From Zygnema circumcarinatum SAG 698-1b (Eukaryota; Plantae; Zygnematophyceae), in the NCBI GenBank assembly GCA_037447605.1, contig CM074804.1, forward strand, positions 7,045,909 through 7,109,908: a stretch of 64,000 bases of DNA, given 5' to 3'. The stretch's first letter is position 1. Each line of letters starts with the position of its first letter. The position numbers were made by a program, and so were the translations under genes. The notes under the pieces are model-generated. The model saw only the letters and a list, made by a program, of their open reading frames with translations. It was not told where the DNA came from and searched no databases. Below, one piece after another: positions 14,501-26,427 of this stretch.

Positions 14501-17116
14501 CGCTTTGGATCCTCTTTTCATGTTTGGTTTCGGATTTGGTGTAAGCGGCGCAGCGGTAGCTACTGTCATTTCACAGTAAGCTCACTGCAGACTTTTGCTG
14601 GATGGTTTCCTGTATTACATTTTGGAGTCGTGCTGGTTTGCAAGTTGTACTTCTTACATTGACACAGAAGCACCATTGGCCATAGTTCACAAGGATTCTG
14701 TTCTGTCCGAAGCAGCAATTGGGATATACCATAGACCAAACGCGATAGGTCGCTAGCGAAAATGCACAATTGTTTCTTATATCTCTGAATCAGATAGGTA
14801 CACTTTATTGGAAGCACGAAACATATACCAGGATATAGTCCTGCGCATCTTATGGGGTTGACCTATCATGCACATGACTGCAATTCAGATGGTCATTTGA
14901 CGATCGTGGCCCTCACATTCACCAGCCTGCTTGTCCGCTGCATTGAGCATTGACTAGGGCAAGCAAGTCGAAGGCCCTGGCCAAACGAAAAGAAATCAAC
15001 GTTAGAATGAATTGTTTGTGATTCTGTTTTGCGTCAATGTCAAGCGCATATGCCTGTATGGATGGACAGGTATCTGATGGCAGGGGTACTACTTTGGAAT
15101 CTCCGAAAGCGTGTAACTCTGATCCCGCCTCGCTTTGAGGATCTACGCATTGAGCGTTTTCTAAAATCCGGTAAGTTAGTATATGGAGAAGCGGGGTATC
15201 TGACGCGATGTCGGAGGCCAATGCTTGCTTTGTGTTAAAGAGGCTTGACTGCATAGCGGTCCCACATGCTGTTGCAATATCGAGCAACTCAGAGAAGTTG
15301 TGTATTGAAACCGATGAATTGTGGTCTCTTGCTATCCTCTATTTTAGAGGTATTTTGAAACTTGCCATGTATCTCCTTCCAGGTGGTCTTCTCCTTGGGC
15401 GAACACTCGCACTGTTGAGCACCATGACTCTCGCAACATCCATGGCAGCACGTCAAGGAAGCACGGCCATGGCTGCGCATCAAGTCTGCCTTCAGATATG
15501 GCTGGCCGCATCTTTGCTTAGTGACTCTATCGCTCTTGCTGGCCAAGTAAGTGAATATTCTGAAACACCGATTAAGTTATGAGTTATGATCTCACCAGCA
15601 TGGCTAGCTTCATGAACCTTGCAAATTTGTAGCCTTCATTTTTTTATGAAGGTAGCTAATTTGTTTATGTTCACTCAAGTGTAGGGTATAATTACTCAAA
15701 ATATGTTTGCAAACACTACTTTATGTGGGCACTTGTTGATCATGCTCTTACCTTCTGACATTATGGAGATTGTGTTCTGTGAACAGACTCTGCTAGCAAG
15801 TGCTTTTGCGAAGGGGGATTACGTGCGTGCGAAGGAGATTATGTATAGAATTTTGCAGGTTGGTCTACCTGACCTTTGTGATGCCATGAATGTGCTAGAA
15901 ACGGATTCGCAATGCCAATTTGAATGGCAAATTGCCGTGAGTGAGTCATGTATTTGTTTATACCCCGTGTCCATGGTGAGTACTTGTTTGCATATTAAAC
16001 AGCCTTTCGATCGTCAACCACGTTTCCTTGCAAATTGAGTAGCTGACGGCGCACTTTGCTGTGAATGCTGAACTAAAGATCTATTCCTACTGTTATGCAG
16101 CTTGGCCTTGCCATGGGATTGCTTATGGCAACTCTGCTGTCTCTGGGAGCGGGCATCATTCCACGAATCTTTTCAGACGACCCCGGAGTTCTTGATGCCA
16201 TGGTTGTCATCTTTCCGGTCAGACTTGCATCCTTACCGCTCCTCCTCTCTAAATCAAATTGATTTGGCTTTATGTATACAGGAGTGTGCATCTGCCCTCT
16301 TTGGCTGCATGAGTTCGAGCAGCAGACACTTTGCATCTCCATAGCTGTCCTTGGATTATTCTTAAGGTAGCATTTTTTACCCCGCTCGCTTCGCAGGCCG
16401 TACTGTTGCGTGTTTGGCTCAATCTATTTGCGGCTTTGGCCAGCCAACCGTTGCGATTACTTTATTCTCGGTGGATATGGATCTCTTGTCCATTCTGAGC
16501 TACCCTACTCTTTCTCTTACATGTATGGCGTTGTGGTGGTCCAGTTCGTAGCTGCCACACAGCCCATCACTTCTATGGCGTTTGTATTCGACGGTATCCT
16601 CTACGGGGCATCAGACTTTGGATATGCAGCAACCGCGATGGTAAAGCCTCTGTCAGAAACTCTTCCTACATCTTGTAAGGTGGGGAGTCACGGCTGTTCT
16701 CTTCTTGTTGGTTCTTTCCCGTGCAAATCGCTCAATATACCGCGGGAGGGTTGCAGATAGTGCTCGTTATACCTGTTGTTGGTGTGCTACTAGTCGCGCC
16801 CAAGTTCGTTGGCGTGGGAGGAGTTTGGATGGGCCTCACATTGATCATGAGTGCACGAATGTTTGCTGGTTTTGCCCGGTAAGCAGTTTGACTCCATCTT
16901 CAAACCGCTTTTTCATAACTGTGAGCACTGTAAGTTTGCCGCGGTTGCTTTCTCCTGAGGGGGATGGGATCCGTGGGGACAATTGATGTCACAGGGTGGG
17001 AACTGCGAGTGGACCATGGCATGTGCTGCGCATAAAGCCGACCCCGAGGATGGAAGACCGGGGAAGCTCATGAGAGTGAGAGTCAGTCGGGCTGCGCGCC
17101 TGCTCAAGAATTATAG
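11532..17116 (+). CDS. MATE efflux transporter, DinF-like/FRD3-DTX42-45 class, with predicted plastid transit peptide (multi-exon)
   Basis: Exon 1 (11532-11824) is Ser/Arg-rich with a VRC-A motif. Later exons give GPVELAAVGVSISIFNLVSKVFNFPLLNVTTSFVAED, YLALRAIGAPAVVVALATQGVFRGFKDTKTPLYAT, NVALDPLFMF, AAHQVCLQIWLAASLLSDSIALAGQ, FVAATQPITSMAFVFDGILYGASDF, GVWMGL and RVGTASGPW, with TAG at 17114-17116. Confidence 0.92.
12170..12300 (+). CDS. MATE TM1 exon, variant A (candidate mutually exclusive exon)
   Basis: Acceptor catttctccag|a, donor atcg|gtactt, 131 nt, phase 2 to phase 1. Encodes GPLNRILRDEVGRDVIALALPAALMAMSDPVVQLTETAIVSRIG. Confidence 0.7.
12590..12696 (+). CDS. MATE TM1 exon, variant B (canonical-looking; candidate mutually exclusive exon)
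   Basis: Acceptor gtttgacag|c, donor atag|gtattc, 107 nt, phase 2 to phase 1. Encodes DDLGIQVAAIAWPAFLALAADPLASLTDTYFIAQIG. Confidence 0.85.
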
Positions 17117-17695
17117 GACTTGTTTTTTTTTTGCGTTTGCGTCCATCTCCTGTTGGAGGTTCGTTAGTCTTTCCTTTGTCAGCTAGCCACGTGCTCAGTT
17201 TTAAGCATAGTTCCAGTTGCCAACTTCACATCGGTAAGAAAAAGAGTTTACGTGTGTCCTTCGCCTTTCGGTGGCACGCAGAATCGTTTTACTTTGTGCC
17301 TTCTGTCGAACAATAAAAGGATGTGGCTAGTGGCTACATGGGGCTCACTTGTAATCTGATCACAGAGTTACTTTTGCTCGGGCCAACTGCGAGAGCTGAG
17401 AAAGGCATCAGTAATAATTTGACTTTGAACTTGAATTTTGAATTGAAAACATCTTTTCGTACGTACTCGTGAAGGTATCCTCACTTAAGCCGACAGTGCA
17501 TGACTCTAAATGAGGCGGTTCCATGCAACTTGTCTGTTGTCTTTACGACCCTACTATTCTTTTTGAAAAAAAAAGTTTCACTTTCTCATGGGTTTCAATA
17601 AACTTCTAATGGCGATGGGTTTCCATTGCTTGCTGTACATAACTACTCATGTGCAGTATTCTCACCAGTCGAATCGAATCACATGCAGTGCCGAA

Positions 17696-20600
17696 TCAGG
17701 AGAGAACAACGTCACTCTTCGTTTGCCTCAACGTCGCTGACCCATCAAGAACGGACGACACGAACTGCTCAACGTTCTCCATGTTGAACGGCCCGTCATA
17801 AACTGCAAACCTCTTGCGTTTTGGTTTGTATGCCAAAATGACCACCTGTCCTTTGGCCGGTGGCTTGACACCCGCAAACGCTCCAAGGAATGATTTTTGT
17901 TTGGACAAATCCACCATGCTGTACGACACTGCTGACGTGCTTCCAGCAACTCTTCTCAGAAGCGATTTCTGAGATACCTGACCATAGACATTCAGGACGA
18001 AGCGAGCATCCGATCAGGATACAAGGGGTCAAAGCATCAAAGCATTTCACCTGTCCCTTCATTTGTGAGTACTAATCCTTCTCGGTTCAAATTGACATAT
18101 CAAACAGTCTGCCGATGGTCCAACTAAACAAAGAACAATAGGTGGCATATAAATCAGAAATCGTATTAACCGCAGAGAGGTTTGAGGCACTCACCTCGAG
18201 GAGTACCTTCGCGGCTTCATCAGATGTCTTGGCTGATGCGACAGCAAATATAACACATAGAGGAGTATCTGAACCACAGAGGTGACTCTGAGTAGCTTTT
18301 GAAAGCATAGAAACTCCCAATGGGCCCGCAGCTTTGCCCTTGCGTTCCAATACCTCCAACCATGCGTGTAGCGACTCTAAGCTCGTCTTGCCTGTGAACC
18401 GCATCTCCTCTCCGCTAGGCAGCACGCCCACCACGGAGGGTGCGGCTGTCACTCCAAACTTCTGTGCAAGTACGTGGTCTGCAGGCTGATCCGGCACCTG
18501 CACCAATCATGACCACACCCCTCCACCCTCAGAAGTAGCAACTGGCATAAAGTAAAGAGCACCATAACCTGAGAATTAAGATTGTAAGGACGCTTGTCAT
18601 TGCCAGAGATTCGTTCTAAATCTTAGAACCATGTACGTACTGCCTAGTTCTATAGGTTGAAAAGACTGCAGGGGGTAGGGGAGGGGGAGGGGGAGGGCAG
18701 TCACTCGGCCAATACATTAAAATGTTGAAAACCCACCTGTACTTCAAAAAGCTTCACGCGTTCCTTGAAGGCTTCGCTCAAGGAGCGCCAAACGGTAGGT
18801 GTAGCGGGCTTGTTCGTGAAAAGTATGGCTCTGGGCGACTCCGCCGCTTGCGCGAAGCGCTTTTCAAAGTTAGACGGATTTAACTTAACAGAATGATTTG
18901 GCAATTGGGACAGACACCAACTGATTATAGCTGTTTTGGAGATACGGCCCTTGTAGGAGAGAGGCTTCGCTTTGGCTGGAATTCCCCACGGGAACAGAGA
19001 TGCAGAAACCTTTCCAGAGGCATGTTTTGCACATAGACTTTGTTCCTCCTGGCAGTTCACGACTCCAATCTGTAAATGCGAAAAGCGCCAAAAAGAAGTT
19101 GTATTAATCAGGTCAGCTGAATCACAGACATGTTCACAGTTGCTAATTTCGTTTAACGGACTGAGAAAACCAGCCACTGATACAATATCCCACGGCACTA
19201 GTCAGAGTGTACTATTGAAGTTTACATAAGAAGAGCATTCCAGGCAAAACTATGATTCCAACCATTGCGATTTACCTTCAGAAGACCCTTCAGCTCCTTC
19301 AGCGCCTCCTCCACCTCAGCCCTAGCTGCAGCAGCCTCCGAATGCGTGAGATCAACGAAAAAGACCAGCCACGGCTCCACTACTTTCAGCACCTTCTCCT
19401 TGAAGCTCGAATGGCTTAACGTTTCCAACCCCTTCAAATTTCTCCAAACGCCAGCAGTGCCGTCCTGATGTGTAGAACCCGCTTGATGACCATCTCCAAA
19501 GCCTTCGAATATATTCTGGAAAAACCCGCGATCTCTTCCACCCTCGCTACTTTGACCAAAATTGAATTGAAACTGCTTACTACCACCAAAGAAGGACTCG
19601 AATGGGATCTCCTCTGGTCCTGCTCCCCCACTTGAATGCTGGTGAAAAGTGAAGTGTCTGCCATCACCTCCTTGTCTGTGAAAACCCCCCGAACCTCCAA
19701 AAGGGTCGGGCCCACCATTGCCAGCACCCTTCATACCTTCCTCTCCATACATATCATACTGTTTCCTCTTCTCCTCATCTGAAAGAATATCGTATGCTGC
19801 AAGTATATAGGCAGCAAAAAATCCAGCAATCAAGAGATCATTGCTCTCGAACTTTTTAAGCCAGAGCGCGCAATCCTACTCCTCATCTAGGACACGTTTT
19901 CAAGCCTCGTAAGCAGCTCAGACCACCATTGGAGATTATTAGGCAGTGCTGAAGCACACAGAGTGAGAAGGCGATAAAGAAACGTAGAGTGTTTTCACCA
20001 ACATGTTTTGTTTCAAGCAAAAAACACCTACCAAATGTAAACGCCACATAATGGAGCCATGCAGTAGCACACAATCTGAGAGGAAAATTCTTCTCTCAAC
20101 TTGATATCCTTCCAAGTAACATGAGTACGAGGTCATATACTTACCATTTGAGATTTCCTGGAATTTGGATTCAGCGCTCTTAGATGGGTTTTTATCAGGG
20201 TGATATTTCATGGATAATCTGCACATGATTGTGAGAAAATCCTTCAGCAAGCCATCACCTGGAAGGCGGTCCGTCGATGACTACCGTTTCAACATTTTCA
20301 TTTTCCATTTTATTTTAAAAATTACTGTTTTCCTCTCCGCAATGAACAGAGGAAGAGAGCCATGCGGTAAACTGAACACATACTTGTGGAAGGCTTTTTT
20401 TATTTCACGATCACTGGCGCTCTTATCCACGCCGAGAATCTGCATCCGCCCATATGATACACCGTAACAAGCCAAAAAAAACCAACAATAGCTTGATAAA
20501 GCACTCGAATAGCACAGAAAAGACACCAGTTAATGGGACGGCAATCCAGGAAGAAAAGGCTCACTGCTTCAGCAATACCCGCTCACATCCATTCCAGCAG

Positions 20601-20897
20601 TCACACCTAAGACTAAGAAAAATAAATTCGACCATTCATTTCTCCAAGTTCGGAATGTTGAAAAAAACGCTTTTGTAAAAGGATTCACCTGTGGCCTCCT
20701 CTGTCCCTTTTAAGCATCACAGCAGCCTATCAAACCAAGTGATAAGAAAAAAAATAGGAAGCATTGGGAAACAAGCCCTGAAAAGAACAAAGCCGAAGTA
20801 CCTTGTAGTAATCCTTTCCTCCGCAGACAAACGTTGCCAGCAAGACAAACACCACCAGCCGTGCAAGCGTAGCCAACGAGGCTCCCGCCCCGGCCAT
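17696..20897 (-). CDS. ERDJ3A: ER-lumen J-domain protein with thioredoxin-like folds (ERdj3A/TMS1-like)
   Basis: Signal peptide MAGAGASLATLARLVVFVLLATFVCGG, then KDYYK/ILGVDKSASDREIKKAFHK/LSMKYHPDKNP (HPD motif)/AYDILSDEEKRKQYDMYGEEG. These are followed by a G/F-rich region, Trx-like exons (IGVVNCQEEQSLC; KFGVTAAPSVV) and a C-terminal LAYKPKRKRFAVYDG...VEQFVSSVLDG like that of ERdj3A. Confidence 0.85.
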
Positions 20898-21050
20898 AGA
20901 TGTATACCTCCAGAGCACAAAGACTTGGTCGCAAAGCCTATGATCCCTCCCTCCCGCCTGCAGACCAGTCCAGACCACACCCCTTTCTCTCCCTCTCTCT
21001 CTCCCTCGCCGTATGGGACGGAAGAGGGGAGAAGTGCCACGCTGTTTTGC

Positions 21051-21072
21051 TGACGTGGCGACCGCTGGTTGG
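21051..21072 (-). promoter_or_regulatory. UPRE/ERSE-like ER-stress element upstream of ERdj3A
   Basis: The plus strand has TGACGTGG at 21051-21058. The minus strand reads CCAAC-N9-CCACG(TCA), one mismatch from the ERSE consensus CCAAT-N9-CCACG, about 155-175 bp upstream of the ER chaperone ATG. Confidence 0.55.
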
Positions 21073-21901
21073 CTTCACGGCGTCGACCGACTCCAGCGAC
21101 CAATGGCGTCACGGCAAATTCTGGGAGCTGCCGGGGACGCGCCACGTGTACAGTGACTTAGGCGACTTTCCATGTACAACATACAGTTTATGTAGTTTTA
21201 CGGTAATTCGGAACATGTGACGCGAAGCGTTCTGTCAGAAAAGCAGCTTCTGGAATTCAGGGCCAATTGCCAACGGTCGTAGAAACGGATGGGCATGTGA
21301 CCCATGAGAGGGAACATGGGAGAGGCCAACACAAGGCGAGGACCAGATGAGATGGTACCACGTGACCGTGTTGTTGTTGTTGGGCCTAGGAGCAAACTTG
21401 TGCTCAAAGCTCGTTTTTTATTCCCACACGATGGGGAGTTTCCTTTGTAACCAGCTGGCTCCTCGTAGTTCCCTTCCCCGTGTTGGCTTTGTGCATGCAT
21501 GCATACATCCGCCTCGTTTGTGGTCCTAGCGAAGAGGGCAGCAGAATTGTGATTTTTTCGGTTTCAAGATGTTATTTTATTGTGACCGCAACCGTGCGAT
21601 CGATTGTGCCGTGAGCGACGCTCCGCCGTTCGATGTTGGCGTGGTACGGACTCTTGGAAATAGGTACAAAATTCTACAACACGAAACCAGTACCTCCTGG
21701 TTCTCGCAAACTTTGGTTTTGCCATATATCAAAATGAATACTGTGTTCGAGCTTAAGGCCTGAGATAACCAAAACAACCCATATAATTTTATTTTTGAAT
21801 ATACACTGAGAAGTATTGTTTCAGAAATATTTCGATACTCACTTCAAGCTTGAAAAGTTATTCGCAGAATACTTCTTCTCCTCCGCTCATGAAAGACAAA
21901 A

Positions 21902-22056
21902 GTACCGTATGCATGTCGTCATAACCGTACATTAATGACGCATCCCGGACTCTTGAAACAGCCCTCATTCTTCCTCGTACGGTACGGACGGCTGTCTTTA
22001 GGCCCAAACCGTACATTAGACCATACGAACACTCGTACGGCTTCCTGAGGCCGTAC
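21902..22056. promoter_or_regulatory. Cluster of 7 GTAC cores (SBP-box/copper-response-element-like) upstream of PhzF
   Basis: GTAC at 21902, 21927, 21977, 21982, 22011, 22035 and 22053, mostly as CGTAC/CCGTAC/CGTACGG. AACCGTACATTA occurs twice. Confidence 0.5.
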
Positions 22057-22208
22057 GGCAAAGCCTTTCCCCGAGCACCTTCTTGGAAGGCGCAGACCAG
22101 AAGCCGAAGCCGAAGGCTGCAGGCAGCCATGGCTGTCTTCAGAGGGGACGGGGAGGGGGCTCCTCTGCATCTGTCGGGAGCTGCGAGCTGCACTCCGCCG
22201 CTTCTGCA

Positions 22209-25207
22209 ATGGCTTCTGGAGGGGCAGCATCCGACCTCGTCTACTTTGCGCAAGTAAGCGAAGAGCTCGCCCTGTCTTGCCTGCGCTTTGTCTCGGGCCC
22301 TGCAAGACGCGTCATCTTCTTAGGTTAATAGCAGCCTGAGTTGGTATTCAATGGATTTTGGCATATTTTTGCTTTATGAAATCAATAACGCGTTCATCGT
22401 ACCGTAGGAGTCATCGATTTTAACACTGCATTGTCGAACAAAGGTTTTTTATTTTCACTTGGCATTGGATGTATGGGTGCCCCGTTACTTTTCAAACGTC
22501 TGTTTTAGGTCTTGCAACCTTGTTTTATTGATATTTTATGCCTTTTCAGCCTGATGTTTGGTCCTTTCCGAAACATCGCAACGATGTGCAATCGCTGGTT
22601 TTGTTCGCTTTCTTTCCAATCTCTCTGGTTTGAAGTTGTTTTCGTTGCATTTTCCTCCAGGTCGATGCTTTCACCGATCGGCCGTTTGGTGGGAACTCCG
22701 CCGCTATTATAGTCCTTCCGGAGCCAAAAAGCGTCCAATGGATGCAGAGCGTGGCTCTGGAATTCAACCTCTCTGAAACAGCATACCTTGTGCGCCGTAA
22801 ATTGCCTGGAGTAGGTAATATTGTTTCATTTTATCGTTTCGACGGCATTCACTATGACAAAAGGGTCCGAAAAAGCATTAGATTAGCACAGCACTGGAAG
22901 CAAAATGGTGTGGGCCAGGCACTTGTTTTCATGTAACCTCCTCATACAATCCTATCCTTGTATACATATTTGAATTTCCAAAAGTGCCTATTAAGCTCTA
23001 CGAACAGTTTTTGGGACAACCTTTTCGTTAGTACCCACCCTCGGCCCCCTCCCCCCCTCCCCCCTTCTCCCCTTCCCCTTCCCTCCCTTCCTCCTCCCCC
23101 CTCCCCCTCCCCCTCCCCCTCGCCCCTCCCCCCTCTCCCCCCTCTCCCCCCACCCTTTTCCCCCCCCTCCCCTCCTCCCCTAACCCTTCCCCCTTCCCCT
23201 CCAACTTTTACTGCACTCCTCAGTCGCCATTTGTACTTGCTCTTGCAGAAGGCAGACTTTAGATTTCAGTGTGAATTTTTCTTACCTGTTCATTTTTGAC
23301 GTCTCTTTACATTATATTGAGGGCGTATCAACACATGCTAACTATTCTGCTTCCCTTGTGTCCCACAGAATTGCCATCAAACGACTCGTTGGCAGCACTT
23401 CTTCCCGGAGCTCCTGCCACAGCTGGCGGCGCTCCAGCAAATGAAAGCCAGATCGACGAGTTTGATCTCCGCTGGTTCACTCCCGCGGTTGAGGTTAGTT
23501 CTGGAAAAGAGTACCGCTGACATATGCATTCACAACGATACACCCTTGCAATTCTGTAAACAACTGAGAGATTAAATAGCTGCCGTCGCTTATAATCTCA
23601 ATATGGCAGTTTCATGGTTGAACTCCTGCCGACAACAACCCTCAGGCAAGTTGCACAAATATGAACTCCATGTAGTAAGCAAAGGATGTGGCATTGATCT
23701 CACGATGGCGATGATGCCATCAAATGTTCATGGACAAAATCAGCATGGGGAACCACGAGGAACTGGTCGCAATACCGATACAGTATCATTTGTCGCTTAG
23801 CGCACTCAAATTTTAAGACATTTCCTACAGTGTTGGGCTTCATCATGTATTGATGATGTGCTATTGGACTCACTAAACAAACGATCTCTTACAGCTAATG
23901 CTCAATGAATTACTTACAGTTTTTTCAATGTGGCGAAAGCAGTGGAATGTTCCCAAAAGACAAGAGATTTGCAAATTATAACGAAATGACTGATTTCACA
24001 CTTGAAGTTCAAATAAAGAATGTTCACGTTAGTCACTGGCCATTGCCTATGAGTTGACAGCAGGACTTGGTCGACCGTGGCTGCTAGCCGGTCAGTAAGA
24101 ATTATGACTGGCTTGGATGAATCTGCTTAACCAAGGGGCAATGTGCTGACGAGGAGTGTGGTGCATGATAGGTGCGGCTATGTGGTCATGCTACTTTGGC
24201 TTCTGCGCATGCCCTTTTTTCAGCTGGCCTTGTTCGTGGCGACATCATCAAGTTCCATACTCTTTCAGGAGAACTTGCTGCTAGACGATGTGTCGGAGAC
24301 AGTGGAGAGACGGTGGAGCTAGACTTCCCATTAGCCATGCCGAAGGAGCTTCCGCAAGCAGACACCGATTTGATAGCTGAAGCCCTTGGGGTTGCAAATG
24401 TCGTATGGGCTGGCAGTGCAGCCAATATGACTCTGGTAAGTACGAACGTATTCATGGCCATATAGCGTTTCAATTTCAACTTTCGCCCTTGTGAAATCAA
24501 GATCCTTGAGTGAAGCCTTTTTCACTGTCCAATTTGTACGCAAAACGGGAGGATGTCTCATGTAGGCACGTCGGTTTATCGGTGTGCTCCCAGGTGGAAC
24601 TCAGTTCAGCAGATGCAGTTTTGGCCCTTAAACCTGACATACTTAAATTAAAGGCACTACCTTCGGATGATATTGGAGTGATTGCGACCGCTGCAACTGA
24701 AGATAACAGTGAAGTGGACTTTATTTCGCGCTTTTTTGGTCCAAAAGCCGGTATAGACGAGGACCCTGTGACAGGGTCTGCACATTGTCTGTTGACGCCA
24801 TACTGGGCAGCGAAATTGGGGAAGAATTCCCTTAAGGCACATCAGGTGAGCAGGCCCTGCTCTAACCACCTGAGGGAAAGTTGGAGGGACATTTTACTGG
24901 ATAATCGGAGGAGCCCAAGCAATGTGTGGCTATCCTTTCGTGAAGCTTATTGACAACAAAGGTTTCAGCTGTTGAAACGCTTCCGAAGCTGGGAGCTCCT
25001 GACAGACAAGCATGCTTATGGCTGATAGATCGTGATTCCCTTGGGTGGGGTATTGGATTGCCTTGTGAATAGGCTTCAGCCCGAGGGGGACATTTGGGTG
25101 TCAGTGTTGACAACGCGAGCGGCCGCGTGTTTATTTCGGGCCAATCAGTAACTGTGATGGCAGGCGCTCTGCTCGGCTCTGCTGTGAACTCGTCGGAGCT
25201 ATGCTGA
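22209..25207 (+). CDS. Phenazine biosynthesis PhzF/PhzC-family (DapF-fold) epimerase-like protein, single domain (6 exons)
   Basis: MASGGAASDLVYFAQ|VDAFTDRPFGGNSAA...EFNLSETAYL|...FDLRWFTPAVE|VRLCGHATLASAHAL...|...FISRFFGPKAGIDEDPVTGSAHCLL...KAHQ|ASARGGHLG...GQSVTVMAG...ELC* (TGA at 25205-25207). The family motifs DAF, NLSET, LCGH and EDPVTGS are intact. Confidence 0.92.
23045..23202. repeat. Intronic C-rich (CCCCT/CCT)n polypyrimidine tract
   Basis: Nearly pure C/T run in PhzF intron 2. The Pro-rich ORF over it is a low-complexity artefact. Confidence 0.85.
23641..23764 (+). repeat. Short dispersed repeat, copy 1 (in PhzF intron 3)
   Basis: aaaggatgtggcattgatctcacgatggcgatgatgccatcaaatg...ggaaccacgaggaact is clearly similar to 39475-39555. 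Confidence 0.75.
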
Positions 25208-26427
25208 GCTGTGCCTAGTTTTGTACAGCTGCCAGATCTCCTGCGACAGGCTCAGCTTCTCCCGGTCACACTGCATACTGTAAACAAGCAGGTTCAAAGG
25301 ATATGGGTGGGATGAAGCACGCGCCAAACTCTGGCTTCACCTGGAATTGTCACAGTTGTTGCACCTTAACAAAGGTCGGCGATGGAACAAGGCCTTTGTA
25401 GCCTCATCTAGGCAAAGTTAATGCAGTATCGTTTTTGGCCATTGTTTCAAGTTCTGTATCTCGTAAACGCCATGTATTTGCATCCCATGAGAACCGAGTC
25501 GCAGCACGATGGGCAGCAAACATGGCAGAAGGTTCCCAAGTCCGAGTATCCGCCGCATTCCACGGTTCGAGCTGTCTTAGTCCCACGCTCCTCCATGCAA
25601 TTGCCCACTGGAAATTCTAAAATTGCCAATTGGTCAGAGATGTAAATCTTGTCTTGTAATTTTATCTCGAATCGTTGCATGCAGCATGCCTCTAACCTAA
25701 GAACCTCTCTAACTTCTTATTTTTTGTTTTCACCAAACCTATGAAATTAGAAGGGATAGACCATTACAGTAATCCGCTATAGCACCGTATGGCAGCGCCA
25801 AAAACAGTTAAAAAGGTTTGGCAGACCGTAAAGCAAAAACTTCCATCCTCTCCATAACAAATCAAGCACAACAAAAAAGCCATTCTCGAATGCCTTAGCA
25901 CGTTTGCGATGATCCAGGCATGGTTCTACTCGACCACACATAAGTGAAAGATGCGCTTTGGCATTAGAATAACAAAATTGGCACACATACGAGATGTGCG
26001 GAGTATAGAGCCCACTTCCATCTTAAATTTGGGAAGACTATACCCCCGGAGCTCCCCCTCCTCCTCCGTCCTTCAGTTACAGACTCGACGTTCCATCCCT
26101 TCAACAATAACGCACTGACCCATTATTAGAGAGTTTACCAATACGCGAGGCCGACGTCTTCCAGACGTAAGTTTTTCAAGTGAAACGTATAGGCTATTGT
26201 AGTAGGTTATTTGCAGCGCTGCAGTCTGCAAGCAGATGCAAACACCTTGCAGGATAGAATAGGATATTATTTCCCAAAATAGTAAGTCCTCTCCCACAGG
26301 CACGGACACCGCATGATTGCCCCCCCTCATTGCAGCAAACTTGCTTGCTCCAAAAACCGAATTCTGACGCCGCCAACCCTTCAACGAGGACTTTCTCAGG
26401 TACAAATAATGAAGGCAAGTTCCGGTC

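Noticed and set aside
25404-26418. Cys- or Trp-rich short ORFs between PhzF and ABCG
   Set aside because: No recognisable domain or consistent spliced model was found. These are probably convergent 3' UTRs, although a C-terminal ABCG extension cannot be excluded.
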